Below the pieces are notes generated by a model. That model did not search any database. It was not told the DNA's origin and was given only the letters and a program-made list of their open reading frames with translations. A DNA stretch of 64,000 nt from Candidatus Eiseniibacteriota bacterium (GTDB taxonomy: Bacteria; Orphanbacterota; Orphanbacteria; Orphanbacterales; Orphanbacteraceae): assembly GCA_029262235.1 (NCBI GenBank), contig JAJCZU010000006.1, positions 10,934 through 74,933 of the forward strand. Direction: 5' to 3'. The position numbers and the translations under genes were made by a program. Positions 39,086 to 48,061 of this stretch are shown here, piece after piece (within the stretch, counting starts at the first letter, position 1; the number at the start of each line of letters is the position of its first letter).

Positions 39086-42000
39086 TTGCCGCCCCCCGCC
39101 TCTCGCGATACGCTGTCACCGGAGCGCTTTCCGCGCACCGCTCTCATTGTCCTGCCGTACCGTGAAGGGGCCGCCGTGCAGATCCTCGATGAAAAACTCG
39201 TCCTCTCCGCCACCGATCTTGCGAACCACCTCGGCTGTTCGCATCTGACGCAGCTCGCGCGCATGGCCGCCGAGCGCGAGATCGAAATGCCGCGCTACAA
39301 AGACGATCAGCTTGCCGTTCTCGAGAAGAGGGGACTCGAACACGAGGCAGCGTACGTCGACCATCTCCGATCGAAAGGTCGCACGGTCGTTTCTCTGCGC
39401 GACTTCGAAGGAGATGCGGGCAAACGCACGGTGGCGGCGATGCGGGAAGGAAGCGACGTCATTGTTCAGGCGGAACTGGCGGACGAAGGATGGAGGGGGC
39501 GCGCGGATTTTCTGATGCGCGTCGAGACGGCGAGCGCTCTCGGAGACTGGTCGTACGAAGTCGTCGATACGAAGCTGGCGCAGGAAACGCGCGGCGGAAC
39601 GATCCTGCAGCTCTGCCTGTACACCGAGCTCGTCGGTAAACTGCAGGGACTCGTCCCCGAGAACATGTACGTCGTGCGACCCGGCAAGGACTTCGAGCCG
39701 GACGCCTATCGCTTCGCCGAGTATCGGGCGTACTATGCGCTCGTGCAGGGTGACATGCGACGTGACCTTCCCGACGACCCCACCGTTCCGCGCCCCGAAA
39801 CGTACCCGGATCCGGTCCCGCACTGCGACATCTGCAAGTGGTGGTCACGCTGCGAGAAGCGACGCCGGGGCGACGATCATCTTTCGTACGTCGCCGGCAT
39901 TCACCGCTCCCATGTCGACGAGCTGCGGGAGCAGGGCACGAGCACGCTGGCCGGATGGGCAGCGTCGGAGAAGCCGCTCTGGCGCGCCCCGCGACGCGGC
40001 CTGACGAGGACGTTCGAGCGCCTCCACCGCCAGGCTCAGCTGCAGTTCGAAGGCCGGCGCACGCAAAAGCCGGTTCATGAGTTGCTCGCACTGGAAGAGG
40101 GACGGGGCCTTCGTCGCCTGCCTGAGCCGAGTCGTTCCGACGTGTTTCTGGACTTCGAGGGTGATGTCTTCGTGGAAGGGGGAGGTCTCGAGTACCTGTT
40201 CGGCTATGCGTACCGGGACGAGGACAACGAACTCGAGTACGAGTACGTGTGGGCGACCGACTTCGAAACGGAGCGCGCCGCGTTCGAACGATTTCTGACG
40301 TTCGCGCTGAACCGCTGGAAGGGAGATCTCGGGAGCGGCACGGGTGGCGACTACGGGTTCCACATCTACCATTTCGCCCCGTACGAACCGGTGGCGCTGA
40401 AGCGAATGGCGGGAAAGTACGGCGTGGGCGGTGACGCGCTCGACCGTCTTCTGCGCGGGGAGCGACTGATCGACCTGCATCGCGTGGTGCGCGAAGGGGT
40501 GCAGGCCAGCGTCGAGCGCTACTCACTGAAGGACCTCGAACCGTTCTTCGGTTACTCGCGCGACCTCGCGCTCCGTGACGCCTCGCTTGCGAAGCATCGC
40601 CTCGAGCACGAACTCGAAATGGGAACGCCGGAGGCCATACTCGAAGAGGATCGCGACCTCGTGATCCGCTACAACCGCGACGACTGTTTCGCGACGGCGG
40701 GGCTGCGCGACTGGCTGGAGGATCGTCGCGCCGAGTGGATCGCGCGCGGCGAGGAGTTGCCGCGGCCGGAGCTCAAATCAGGCGACCCGGGCGATCAGGT
40801 CGAAGAGGCGGAGGACGAAGCGGGCCGGGTGGCGGCCGGTCTTCTCGCGGCGCTTCCGGAAGAGCGCGACGAGTGGAACGAAACCGAGCGCAGAATGCAT
40901 CTGCTCGCGCATCTCGTGCCGTACTTCCAGCGTGAGTTGAAATGTGCCTGGTGGGACTTCTTTCGGCTTCACGAACTGACGGAAGAGGAGGCGCTCGGAG
41001 AGAGGAAGGCGATTGCCGGCTTGATGTTCGAAAAGGAAGTCGGGCGGACGAAAGGCGGCATCCCGATCCAGCGATACTCTTTTCCTGATCAGGAACTCGC
41101 GCTCGATTCGGGAGACAAGCTCGAAGAAGTTCTCGGCGAAAAAGTGGGCGTGGTCGAGCACTTTGATCCACGCGAGAGCACGATCGACATACGGAAGATG
41201 CGCGCGTCCGCCGAGCGCCACCCGAAGATGGTGCATGAAGGCGGTGTCATAACTCCCGGCGACCTCCATCGCTCGCTGCTGGCGTTCGCGCAGTCGCTTC
41301 TGCCCGCGGGGGACGGCGCCCCGGACGAAGTCGCGCGTGAGCTGCTGACGGTCATGGCGGGCTCGAAGCCGCTGGCGCCGGGCGATCGGGATGCGCGTCT
41401 CGACCTCCTCTTTCGCAGGCCCCCGCAGGCGGCGGAGGCCACGCCGACCCTCTTTCCGACGCTGCGGCAGCAGGACGAGCCGGTGGCGGAAGCCGCTCTC
41501 CGGATTACGCGCGGCCTGGACCGGAGCATCCTCCCCGTGCAGGGCCCGCCCGGCACCGGTAAGACGTACGTGGGAGGGGAGATGATTGCCCGCCTGGCGG
41601 CCTCAGGAGCCCGCGTCGGGGTCACGGCCGTCAGCCATAAAGTGATCGTCCATCTCCTCCGATCGGCCCTGGAGCGCGCCGACGCGCTCGAGATCGCATT
41701 ACAGGCGTCCCACAAGTGGGGAGACCCGCCCGGGGAGAACGAACGGATCGGCAGCGTCGACAACAAGACGTTCCTGGCGGCCCTGGGAGAGGGCCGGATC
41801 GTGGGGGGCACGGCCTGGATGTGGTCCCGCGAGGATGCCCGGGAGTGTCTCGACGTGCTGTTCATCGACGAGGCGGGGCAGCTGTCGCTTGCCATGGCCC
41901 TGGCGGCCTCGCGCGCCGCGAAGAACGTCGTGCTTCTGGGCGATCCGCAGCAGCTTCAGCAGCCGCAGCGGGGGGCGCACCCCGAAGGGGCTGACGTCTC

Positions 42001-42694
42001 CGCTCTGGAGCATCTGCTTGACGGCGCCAAGGTCATCGATGGCGACCGCGGGCTGCTGCTCGACCGCACCTGGCGCCTGCATCCCGCGATCTGTCGTTTT
42101 ACATCCGAACTGTTCTACGAAAACCGGCTCGAGCCCATCGACACAATGAAAAACCAGCGCCTCGTAACCGACTCTGCGTTCCGCGAGAGCGGTCTTTACT
42201 TCGTTCCCGTATCGCACGAAGGGAACCAGAGCAGCGCGCCGGAGGAGGCCGAAGCGATCGCGGCTCTCGTGAAGAACCTGCTTGCCACAACGCGCGCGTG
42301 GATCAACGCGGACGGCGTCACGCAAAAGTTCACACCGAAAGAGATTCTGATCGTGGCCCCGTACAACGCGCAGGTCGGGCGTTTGCGCCGGCTCATCCCT
42401 GACGTGCGCATCGGCACCGTCGACAAGTTCCAGGGGCAGGAGGCGCCCGTCGTGATCTATTCGATGACGAGTTCTTCCGCAGAGGACGCGCCCCGCGGCA
42501 TGTCGTTTCTGTACGACCCGCATCGCTTCAACGTGGCCGTGAGCCGCGCCCGCTGCATTTCGATCGTGGTCGCGACGCCCGCGCTCCTGCGCCCCGAATG
42601 CCGCACGCCCCACCAGATGCGAATGGCAAACGTGCTCTGCCGCTATCACGAAATGGCACACGAGGTGCGGCTTCCGGGGACGAGCGCGTCGTGA
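39086..42694 (+). CDS. Dna2-like nuclease-helicase: TM0106-type RecB/Cas4-like Fe-S nuclease + RNase-H-like exonuclease domain + SF1B (Upf1/Dna2-like) helicase
   Basis: ORF opens at TTG 39086; GTG 39176 (VQILDEKLV...) is an alternative start; N-terminal region with C...Cx2Cx5C cluster (HCDICKWWSRC); middle region matches the TM0106-family exonuclease part (HIYHFAPYEPVALKRM...RYSLKDLEPFFGY); C-terminal SF1 motifs (QGPPGTGKT Walker A, VLFIDEAGQ motif II, LLGDPQQLQQP, TVDKFQGQE, NVAVSRAR). Confidence 0.75.
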   Translation: MPPPASRDTLSPERFPRTALIVLPYREGAAVQILDEKLVLSATDLANHLGCSHLTQLARMAAEREIEMPRYKDDQLAVLEKRGLEHEAAYVDHLRSKGRTVVSLRDFEGDAGKRTVAAMREGSDVIVQAELADEGWRGRADFLMRVETASALGDWSYEVVDTKLAQETRGGTILQLCLYTELVGKLQGLVPENMYVVRPGKDFEPDAYRFAEYRAYYALVQGDMRRDLPDDPTVPRPETYPDPVPHCDICKWWSRCEKRRRGDDHLSYVAGIHRSHVDELREQGTSTLAGWAASEKPLWRAPRRGLTRTFERLHRQAQLQFEGRRTQKPVHELLALEEGRGLRRLPEPSRSDVFLDFEGDVFVEGGGLEYLFGYAYRDEDNELEYEYVWATDFETERAAFERFLTFALNRWKGDLGSGTGGDYGFHIYHFAPYEPVALKRMAGKYGVGGDALDRLLRGERLIDLHRVVREGVQASVERYSLKDLEPFFGYSRDLALRDASLAKHRLEHELEMGTPEAILEEDRDLVIRYNRDDCFATAGLRDWLEDRRAEWIARGEELPRPELKSGDPGDQVEEAEDEAGRVAAGLLAALPEERDEWNETERRMHLLAHLVPYFQRELKCAWWDFFRLHELTEEEALGERKAIAGLMFEKEVGRTKGGIPIQRYSFPDQELALDSGDKLEEVLGEKVGVVEHFDPRESTIDIRKMRASAERHPKMVHEGGVITPGDLHRSLLAFAQSLLPAGDGAPDEVARELLTVMAGSKPLAPGDRDARLDLLFRRPPQAAEATPTLFPTLRQQDEPVAEAALRITRGLDRSILPVQGPPGTGKTYVGGEMIARLAASGARVGVTAVSHKVIVHLLRSALERADALEIALQASHKWGDPPGENERIGSVDNKTFLAALGEGRIVGGTAWMWSREDARECLDVLFIDEAGQLSLAMALAASRAAKNVVLLGDPQQLQQPQRGAHPEGADVSALEHLLDGAKVIDGDRGLLLDRTWRLHPAICRFTSELFYENRLEPIDTMKNQRLVTDSAFRESGLYFVPVSHEGNQSSAPEEAEAIAALVKNLLATTRAWINADGVTQKFTPKEILIVAPYNAQVGRLRRLIPDVRIGTVDKFQGQEAPVVIYSMTSSSAEDAPRGMSFLYDPHRFNVAVSRARCISIVVATPALLRPECRTPHQMRMANVLCRYHEMAHEVRLPGTSAS

Positions 42695-43092
42695 AGAAGC
42701 GCATCCAGGATGCGAAGAAGCGCATCCAGGATGTGAAGAAGCGCATCCAGGATGCGAAGAAGCGCGATCTGAACCTGTCGAACTACGACCGGATCTATGC
42801 CGTCGTGAAACGCATCCCGAAGGGACGCGTGGCGACGTATGGACAGGTCGCGTCGCTTGCCGGGCTGCCAGGGCACGCGCGCCAGGTGGGCTACGCCCTG
42901 CACGCGCTTCCCGAGAACCATCGCCTCCCGTGGCACCGCGTCGTGAATGCGAAGGGCGAAGTGTCCCCCCGCGCCTATCCGTTCGCCGAGGACATGCAGC
43001 GGGCGTTTCTCGAAGCCGAAGGGATCCCGTTCGACGAGCGCAACCGGTTCCCGCTCGAAGAGTATCGCTGGCGCCCCCGTAAGGCGCTCTGA
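42691..43092 (+). CDS. atl: Alkyltransferase-like protein Atl (O6-alkylguanine-binding MGMT-family domain lacking the active-site Cys), with N-terminal basic heptad repeats
   Basis: GTG 42691 overlaps the helicase stop (GTGA); alternative GTG 42733; MGMT DNA-binding domain motifs YGQVA, GLPGHARQVGYAL, and PWHRVV in place of PCHRV (Trp substitution, the hallmark of ATL proteins). Confidence 0.75.
   Translation: MKKRIQDAKKRIQDVKKRIQDAKKRDLNLSNYDRIYAVVKRIPKGRVATYGQVASLAGLPGHARQVGYALHALPENHRLPWHRVVNAKGEVSPRAYPFAEDMQRAFLEAEGIPFDERNRFPLEEYRWRPRKAL
42694..42765 (+). repeat. Perfect/near-perfect 21-nt in-frame tandem repeat (3.4 copies: AAGAAGCGCATCCAGGATG[C/T]G), encoding KKRIQDA/V
   Basis: Read directly: three 21-nt units differing at one base plus a partial fourth copy, starting 1 nt after the helicase stop and forming the N-terminus of the Atl ORF. 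Confidence 0.85.
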
Positions 43093-43143
43093 CCGAATTC
43101 CCGTATCGCGCTATACTGAAAACGGCACACTCGTCCGCCCCTG

Positions 43144-43614
43144 ATGGAGATCCGGTCCATGCGCGCCCTCTCGTTCGACGCCATCGATACGGTCATCGCC
43201 CGCTGGATGTTCCGGTACGGCGGGTTTCTGCTGCGTATTTCCCTCGCCGTGATCTTCATATGGTTCGGCCTTCTGAAGCCGCTCGGCATGAGTCCCGCGG
43301 CGGATCTCGTGCGCCGTACGGTCTACTGGATGCCCCCGGAGGTCTTTCTGCCCATTCTCGGCTGGTGGGAAGTCGCGATCGGCGTGTGCCTGCTTTTCCG
43401 GCCCCTCATTCGCGCCGCGCTGCTCCTTCTCTTCCTGCAGATGCCCGGCACCGTACTGCCGCTCTTTCTACTGCCCGCGGTCTGCTTCACCCATCCGCCG
43501 TTCGGGCTGACCCTCGAGGGGCAGTACATTATCAAGAATCTCGTTCTGATCAGCGCGGCACTCGTCATCGGCGGCACTGTCCGGCGCGAGTCGACGCGCG
43601 ACAAAGTTCTGTAA
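43144..43614 (+). CDS. DUF417-family inner-membrane protein
   Basis: Four predicted TM helices; LRISLAVIFIWFGLLK and C-terminal TLEGQYIIKNLVLISAALVIGG resemble DUF417 (YkgB-like). Confidence 0.55.
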   Translation: MEIRSMRALSFDAIDTVIARWMFRYGGFLLRISLAVIFIWFGLLKPLGMSPAADLVRRTVYWMPPEVFLPILGWWEVAIGVCLLFRPLIRAALLLLFLQMPGTVLPLFLLPAVCFTHPPFGLTLEGQYIIKNLVLISAALVIGGTVRRESTRDKVL

Positions 43615-43632
43615 CCACCCCCGGAGAATCGT

Positions 43633-44139
43633 ATGTCGAACTTTTATCCGTCAATTACAGAAGAACAGGAGACGCTGATCAGGAATGCGCCGCTGTTTTT
43701 CGTCGCGAGCGTCGACCCCGGGGCCATGCCCGGTCCTTCGCCCGCGGAGACGGGACCGCTCAACGTGTCCCCGAAAGGCGGTTCCCCGCTTCACGTACTC
43801 GGTCCGAATCGTGTGGCGTACGTCGACTTTCTCGGCAGCGGCAACGAAACCGCCCGGCATGTGCAGGCGGGGAGCCCGATCACGCTGATGGTATGTTCGT
43901 TCGAAGAGGAAGACGCGGCCATCGTGCGCCTGTACGGAAAGGCGGTCGTGCGCCCGGTTGACGACGAAGATCTTCCCGAAGGAATCTTCGAAACGAAAGC
44001 CGCGCAGTTCAAGTTCAAGGCCCGGCAGGTGATCGACGTGGAAGTGGAAAAGACGATGACGAGTTGCGGGTACGGTGTTCCGATTCTCGAGCCCGTACGA
44101 CAGAGAAGCAAGGCCGAGTGGGGAAGGAAGTACAAATGA
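43633..44139 (+). CDS. Pyridoxamine 5'-phosphate oxidase-like FMN-binding family protein
   Basis: PNPOx-like split-barrel pattern (APLFFVASVD...PLNVSPKGG...LHVLGPNRVAYVDFLGSGNETARHV.AGSPITLMV). Confidence 0.65.
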   Translation: MSNFYPSITEEQETLIRNAPLFFVASVDPGAMPGPSPAETGPLNVSPKGGSPLHVLGPNRVAYVDFLGSGNETARHVQAGSPITLMVCSFEEEDAAIVRLYGKAVVRPVDDEDLPEGIFETKAAQFKFKARQVIDVEVEKTMTSCGYGVPILEPVRQRSKAEWGRKYK

Positions 44140-44636
44140 CGAACCAGCTGGCCGCGATAGTACGCAGGGAGCTGGGCGCCCTGTCGCGCGAGCTCAATCT
44201 CTACCCGGACGAAACGTACCTGTGGGCGCGACCGCCGGGAACGCCGAACACAGCGGGGAATCTCGCGCTTCATATCGTCGGCAACCTGCGCGCCCTGATC
44301 GGAGCACAGCTCGGCGGCACAGGGTATGAGCGGGACCGCGACGCGGAGTTTGCGAAGCGCGGTGTCGCGCGCAGCGAGATTCTGGCCGAAATCGAAGTAG
44401 CCGCGCGCGAAGTGGAGGAGACGCTGGCCGGCCTGACCGCCGCTGACCTGGCGGCCCCGTACCCCGTCGCGATTGCGGGAGTCCGGTTTCGCGTCGACGA
44501 CTTCCTGCTCCATCTTGTAAGCCACCTCTCGTTTCATCTGGGGCAGATCGATTATCACAGGCGGATCGTAACCGGCGTGAAGACGGGCGCGGACACGCTC
44601 GCGATCCCGGCGCTCGCGTCGGCCGAACCGCAGTAA
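44136..44636 (+). CDS. DinB/YfiT-like (DinB_2 superfamily) four-helix-bundle protein
   Basis: ATG 44136 overlaps the upstream stop (ATGA); conserved His positions (LALHIVGNLRALIG ... HLVSHLSFHLGQIDYHRR). Confidence 0.5.
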   Translation: MTNQLAAIVRRELGALSRELNLYPDETYLWARPPGTPNTAGNLALHIVGNLRALIGAQLGGTGYERDRDAEFAKRGVARSEILAEIEVAAREVEETLAGLTAADLAAPYPVAIAGVRFRVDDFLLHLVSHLSFHLGQIDYHRRIVTGVKTGADTLAIPALASAEPQ

Positions 44637-44647
44637 GGAGACTCATC

Positions 44648-44923
44648 ATGTGCAGAAACATTCGTACGCTTTTCAACTTCGAACCGCCCGCGACGCGCGC
44701 TGAAATCGAAGCGGCGTCCCTGCAGTTCGTGCGCAAGGTGAGCGGCTTCACGAAACCGTCGCAGGTGAATGAACCATCATTCACACGCGCGGTCGAAGAC
44801 GTGGCGAAGATCGTCGAAGGTCTTCTGGAGTCGCTCGAAACGAATGCAGAACCGAAGGATCGTGAGGAAGAAGCGGCCAAGGCGCGTGAACGGGCGAAGA
44901 AACGGTTCGGCGTGCGCGCCTGA
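44648..44923 (+). CDS. DUF2277-family protein
   Basis: MCRNIRTLFNFEPPATRAEIEAASLQFVRKVSGFTKPS... matches the conserved N-terminus of DUF2277. Confidence 0.7.
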   Translation: MCRNIRTLFNFEPPATRAEIEAASLQFVRKVSGFTKPSQVNEPSFTRAVEDVAKIVEGLLESLETNAEPKDREEEAAKARERAKKRFGVRA

Positions 44924-44990
44924 TTGTGCTCGTCTCTGCGTGCCCGCGCGCGTGATTACGCGCTCGCGCGTTCCGTGGTAGAATGCGCGC

Positions 44991-46769
44991 ATGCTGACTC
45001 GCTGGATCGCCCATACCGCCGTGCGCGCACTTCCGTTCACGCTTTTCCTGGGTGTATTGCTCGGGTCTGTTCGGGCATGGGATGAAGTACGCGCGGGGCT
45101 CTGGCTCCTCGTTTTCGACGAGCTCCAGCGCGGGCTCGTTCTCGCCGCCGGGCTCACGCTTCTCTTCTTTCTCGCGAGCCTGCTGTTCCGGGGAATGGCG
45201 CGCTCGCTCGGCCTGGATGACGTGCCTGCCACCGCGCTCGGCACGGCTGCCGCTCTCGCCCCGATCTTTTCCGTGGCGGGGTATGAAATCAACCGCCGCC
45301 TCCTGCCCGGAATCACGGAACCCCTCAGTATCGTCGGCAATCTCGTCATGCTCGTCGCGATGGTCTATTTCTGGTCCTTCCTCGGCAGGTGGTTCGCCGC
45401 TTTCCGCGCAAACCCGCCCGGCGCGATGCCTTCGCCGCTTCGCTACTGGCCGCTCGTCGCGATCGCGGCGGTGCCCGTGTTTCTGGGCGTTCTGCGAGCC
45501 GGCGCCCCGACTGTTCCCGTCCTGTTCGTTCTGATCGACACGCTGCGCGCCGATCGCCTCGGCTGCTACGGCAACCCGCTTTCCCCCTCGCCCTCACTCG
45601 ACCGTCTCGCCCGCGAAGGCATCCTCTACCAGGATGTCGTGACGCCGGCTACCTCGACCAAGTCGAGCATTGCCTCTCTCTTTACGGGGAAGGACGTCCA
45701 TGCGCACGGCGTGTACGTTGGCAACCGCGAAGATCGGGAAGGGTATGTGACGCAGCGTATCCGGGAAGAGGAAGAAACGATGGCCGAAGCGTTTCGTGAC
45801 GCCGGTTACGTGACCGTGGCATGGGTGCAGAACGGCCATGTTTCAAAGCTCTCCCGATACGATCAGGGCTTTACGTCGTTTACCGAGAACGCAGGGTCCG
45901 TGAACACGATTCACGATCGCTTCAGGCGCTGGTTCCCCCGGGGACATCGCTATCCGTTCTTCGCATATCTTCATATCATCGACGTTCATGGACCGTACAA
46001 GCCGCCAGCACCATGGAACAAACTGTACGGCGCCGATGCGTTCTCTCTTTACGACAAGGTGCCCATCGACGACTGGAGGGACTACGTTCGCGGGACGAGG
46101 CTGGGGGAATACGAATTCGGCCCGGAGGAAATGCGGAAGATCCGCAGCCTCTACGACGGTCAGATCAAGCTCGTCGACTCGGTGCTCGGTACGCTTTTCG
46201 AGGAACTGCGCGCGGCCGACCTGTACGATTCGATGTGCATCGTTGTGACGTCTGATCATGGCGACGGGTTTCAGGAGCATGGCTTCATGGGGCACTCGCA
46301 TCACCCGTACACGGAACTTACGCATGTGCCTCTGATCGTAAAGCTGCCTGGCGGCGCGCGCGCGGGTACGATCGAAACCGGGCAGTTCCGGCTGCGCGAT
46401 CTCGGATCGCAGGTTGCTGTGTGGGCCGGAATCCCGCCGCCATCGACCGCGGCCCCGGCCGCCGAGAGCGACCTGATCGTGAGTGAGAATCACATCAGTA
46501 CCGACGCCGGCGAGTTCCCTGTAGCCGTTTCGGTTCGTAACGATTCGCTCAAAATGATCCGGCTTCCGGACGGTCGTCAGACTCTCTATCATATCGGGAA
46601 CGATCCTGCGGAAACGATCGACCGCACCGCCGGGTTTCCCGAAGCGGTCGCGCGCTTCTCCGCCGTGGTCGACCGCATCGGCAATGAACGCGCCCGGAAC
46701 ATCGACCAGGCGGTGTTGCCGAAATCCACCGTGGACGAGCTGAAGGCGCTCGGCTATGTCGGCGATTAA
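44991..46769 (+). CDS. Membrane-anchored sulfatase-like hydrolase/transferase (Thr-type alkaline-phosphatase superfamily; paralogue of 4747..7119 catalytic domain)
   Basis: N-terminal ~180 aa with about 5 TM helices, then a PF00884-like domain (VLFVLIDTLRADRLGCYGNPLSPSPSLDRLAREGILYQDV...TSDHGDGFQEHGFMGH); no Cys-x-P-x-R motif. Confidence 0.75.
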   Translation: MLTRWIAHTAVRALPFTLFLGVLLGSVRAWDEVRAGLWLLVFDELQRGLVLAAGLTLLFFLASLLFRGMARSLGLDDVPATALGTAAALAPIFSVAGYEINRRLLPGITEPLSIVGNLVMLVAMVYFWSFLGRWFAAFRANPPGAMPSPLRYWPLVAIAAVPVFLGVLRAGAPTVPVLFVLIDTLRADRLGCYGNPLSPSPSLDRLAREGILYQDVVTPATSTKSSIASLFTGKDVHAHGVYVGNREDREGYVTQRIREEEETMAEAFRDAGYVTVAWVQNGHVSKLSRYDQGFTSFTENAGSVNTIHDRFRRWFPRGHRYPFFAYLHIIDVHGPYKPPAPWNKLYGADAFSLYDKVPIDDWRDYVRGTRLGEYEFGPEEMRKIRSLYDGQIKLVDSVLGTLFEELRAADLYDSMCIVVTSDHGDGFQEHGFMGHSHHPYTELTHVPLIVKLPGGARAGTIETGQFRLRDLGSQVAVWAGIPPPSTAAPAAESDLIVSENHISTDAGEFPVAVSVRNDSLKMIRLPDGRQTLYHIGNDPAETIDRTAGFPEAVARFSAVVDRIGNERARNIDQAVLPKSTVDELKALGYVGD

Positions 46770-46813
46770 AGGGCGCTTACGCCGCCCCTGCCCACAACCG
46801 GTCGGATTTGTTG

Positions 46814-46819
46814 TATAAT
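46814..46819 (+). promoter_or_regulatory. Candidate -10 element (TATAAT, preceded by TG) for the RRM gene
   Basis: ttgTGTATAATttc about 190 nt upstream of the RRM start; no convincing -35 identified. Confidence 0.3.
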
Positions 46820-47010
46820 TTCCCGACGTTGCCCGCCCGTTTTCGTCTGCGTTCGGGATCTCCTGCCCCTCGAGCCTTTCCGGACACGGTGGCGACGGCC
46901 ATCGGGAAGCCCCTTGATACCCTTCCCTCCGCGCGTTGGATCTCAGTTCGGGCGCCGTTGATTGAGGTCCGGCGGACCTCTGCTCCGAACGGCACGAAGG
47001 AGATCTGCTC

Positions 47011-47286
47011 ATGAAAAATATCTACGTCGGTAATCTTCCGTATCAAATATCGGAAGAGGAACTGCGCGCCACGTTTGCCGGGTATGGCGACGTTGCGTCC
47101 GCGAAGATCATCATGGATCGCGTGAGCGGTCAGTCCAAAGGCTTCGGTTTCGTCGAGATGGCCGATGACGGTCACGCCGCGGAGGCGATCAAGAACCTCG
47201 ACGGTTCCGAAGTGGGGGGACGCAACCTGCGCGTGTCCGAAGCGCGTCCGCGTGAAGCGCAGGCGCCGCGCGAAAACAGCTGGTAG
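47011..47286 (+). CDS. RRM-type RNA-binding protein (Rbp-like)
   Basis: RNP2 IYVGNL and RNP1 KGFGFVEM in canonical spacing; 91 aa; followed by a hairpin terminator. Confidence 0.9.
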   Translation: MKNIYVGNLPYQISEEELRATFAGYGDVASAKIIMDRVSGQSKGFGFVEMADDGHAAEAIKNLDGSEVGGRNLRVSEARPREAQAPRENSW

Positions 47287-47312
47287 CATTCCTGCGATGA
47301 TTTCGAACGGGA

Positions 47313-47340
47313 GGGGAGCCTTTTCGGGGGCTCCCCTTTT
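47313..47340 (+). terminator. Probable rho-independent terminator
   Basis: GGGGAGCC-TTTTCGGG-GGCTCCCC hairpin followed by TTTT. Confidence 0.5.
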
Positions 47341-47356
47341 GATTGAAAGGTAAAGC

Positions 47357-48061
47357 ATGAGCGAAGCCCGCGACCGCATTCGAAAAATCGCAGCCGAGCA
47401 TCGTGCGCGCGGCGACGAGACCGCGTGGTTCGAAGCGGTGTACTCCGAGGCGGGCGGGGATCGCGCGCGCATTGCGTGGGCCGACGGCGAACCGAATCCG
47501 CATGTGCTCGCGCTGCTGGACGAGATGAAACCGGGAGCCGACGGGGAACGCGACGTTCTCGAAGTGCTCGAAGTGCTCGAAGTCGGGTGCGGTCTCGGCG
47601 ACACGTCGGAGGCGCTGGCGGCGCGCGGACTGCAAGTGACAGCTTTCGATCTTTCGCCAACGGCGATTCGCTGGTGCCGCCGGCGCTTTCCCGCAAGCTC
47701 TGTCAACTTCGTCGCTGCCGATCTGTTCGCGCTGCCTTCGACATGGGAGAATCGCTTTCCGTTCATCGTCGAGTGCTACACGCTGCAGGTACTTCCGTCG
47801 GCGCTCCGCGCCAGAGCCATGCGCGCTCTGACGCGGACGCTTGCTCCCGGCGGCCACCTGCTCCTGGTGTGCCGCGCCCGTGACGAGGCGGAGCCCGAAG
47901 GCGAGATCCCGTGGCCGCTCACCGAAACGGAACTCCGCTCGTTCGCCGGCGGGGATCTCGAACTGACAAAGATGGAGCGCTTTCTCGATGACGAAGGGCC
48001 GCCTGCTTCCCGGTTCCGCGCGGTGTACCGCAGATCACCGGGGGAGGGGGGCGCGTCGTGA
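47357..48061 (+). CDS. Class I SAM-dependent methyltransferase (small-molecule type)
   Basis: Motif I VLEVGCGLGDTS; acidic loop AFDLSPTAIRW; contains an in-frame 9-nt x3 repeat (VLEVLEVLEV, nt 47558-47584). Confidence 0.7.
   Translation: MSEARDRIRKIAAEHRARGDETAWFEAVYSEAGGDRARIAWADGEPNPHVLALLDEMKPGADGERDVLEVLEVLEVGCGLGDTSEALAARGLQVTAFDLSPTAIRWCRRRFPASSVNFVAADLFALPSTWENRFPFIVECYTLQVLPSALRARAMRALTRTLAPGGHLLLVCRARDEAEPEGEIPWPLTETELRSFAGGDLELTKMERFLDDEGPPASRFRAVYRRSPGEGGAS

Noticed and set aside
39459-42661. Reverse-strand ORFs (39459..40526, 41089..41895, 41699..42661) within the nuclease-helicase gene
   Set aside because: Antisense to a gene with unmistakable SF1 helicase motifs. Arg/Pro-rich translations.
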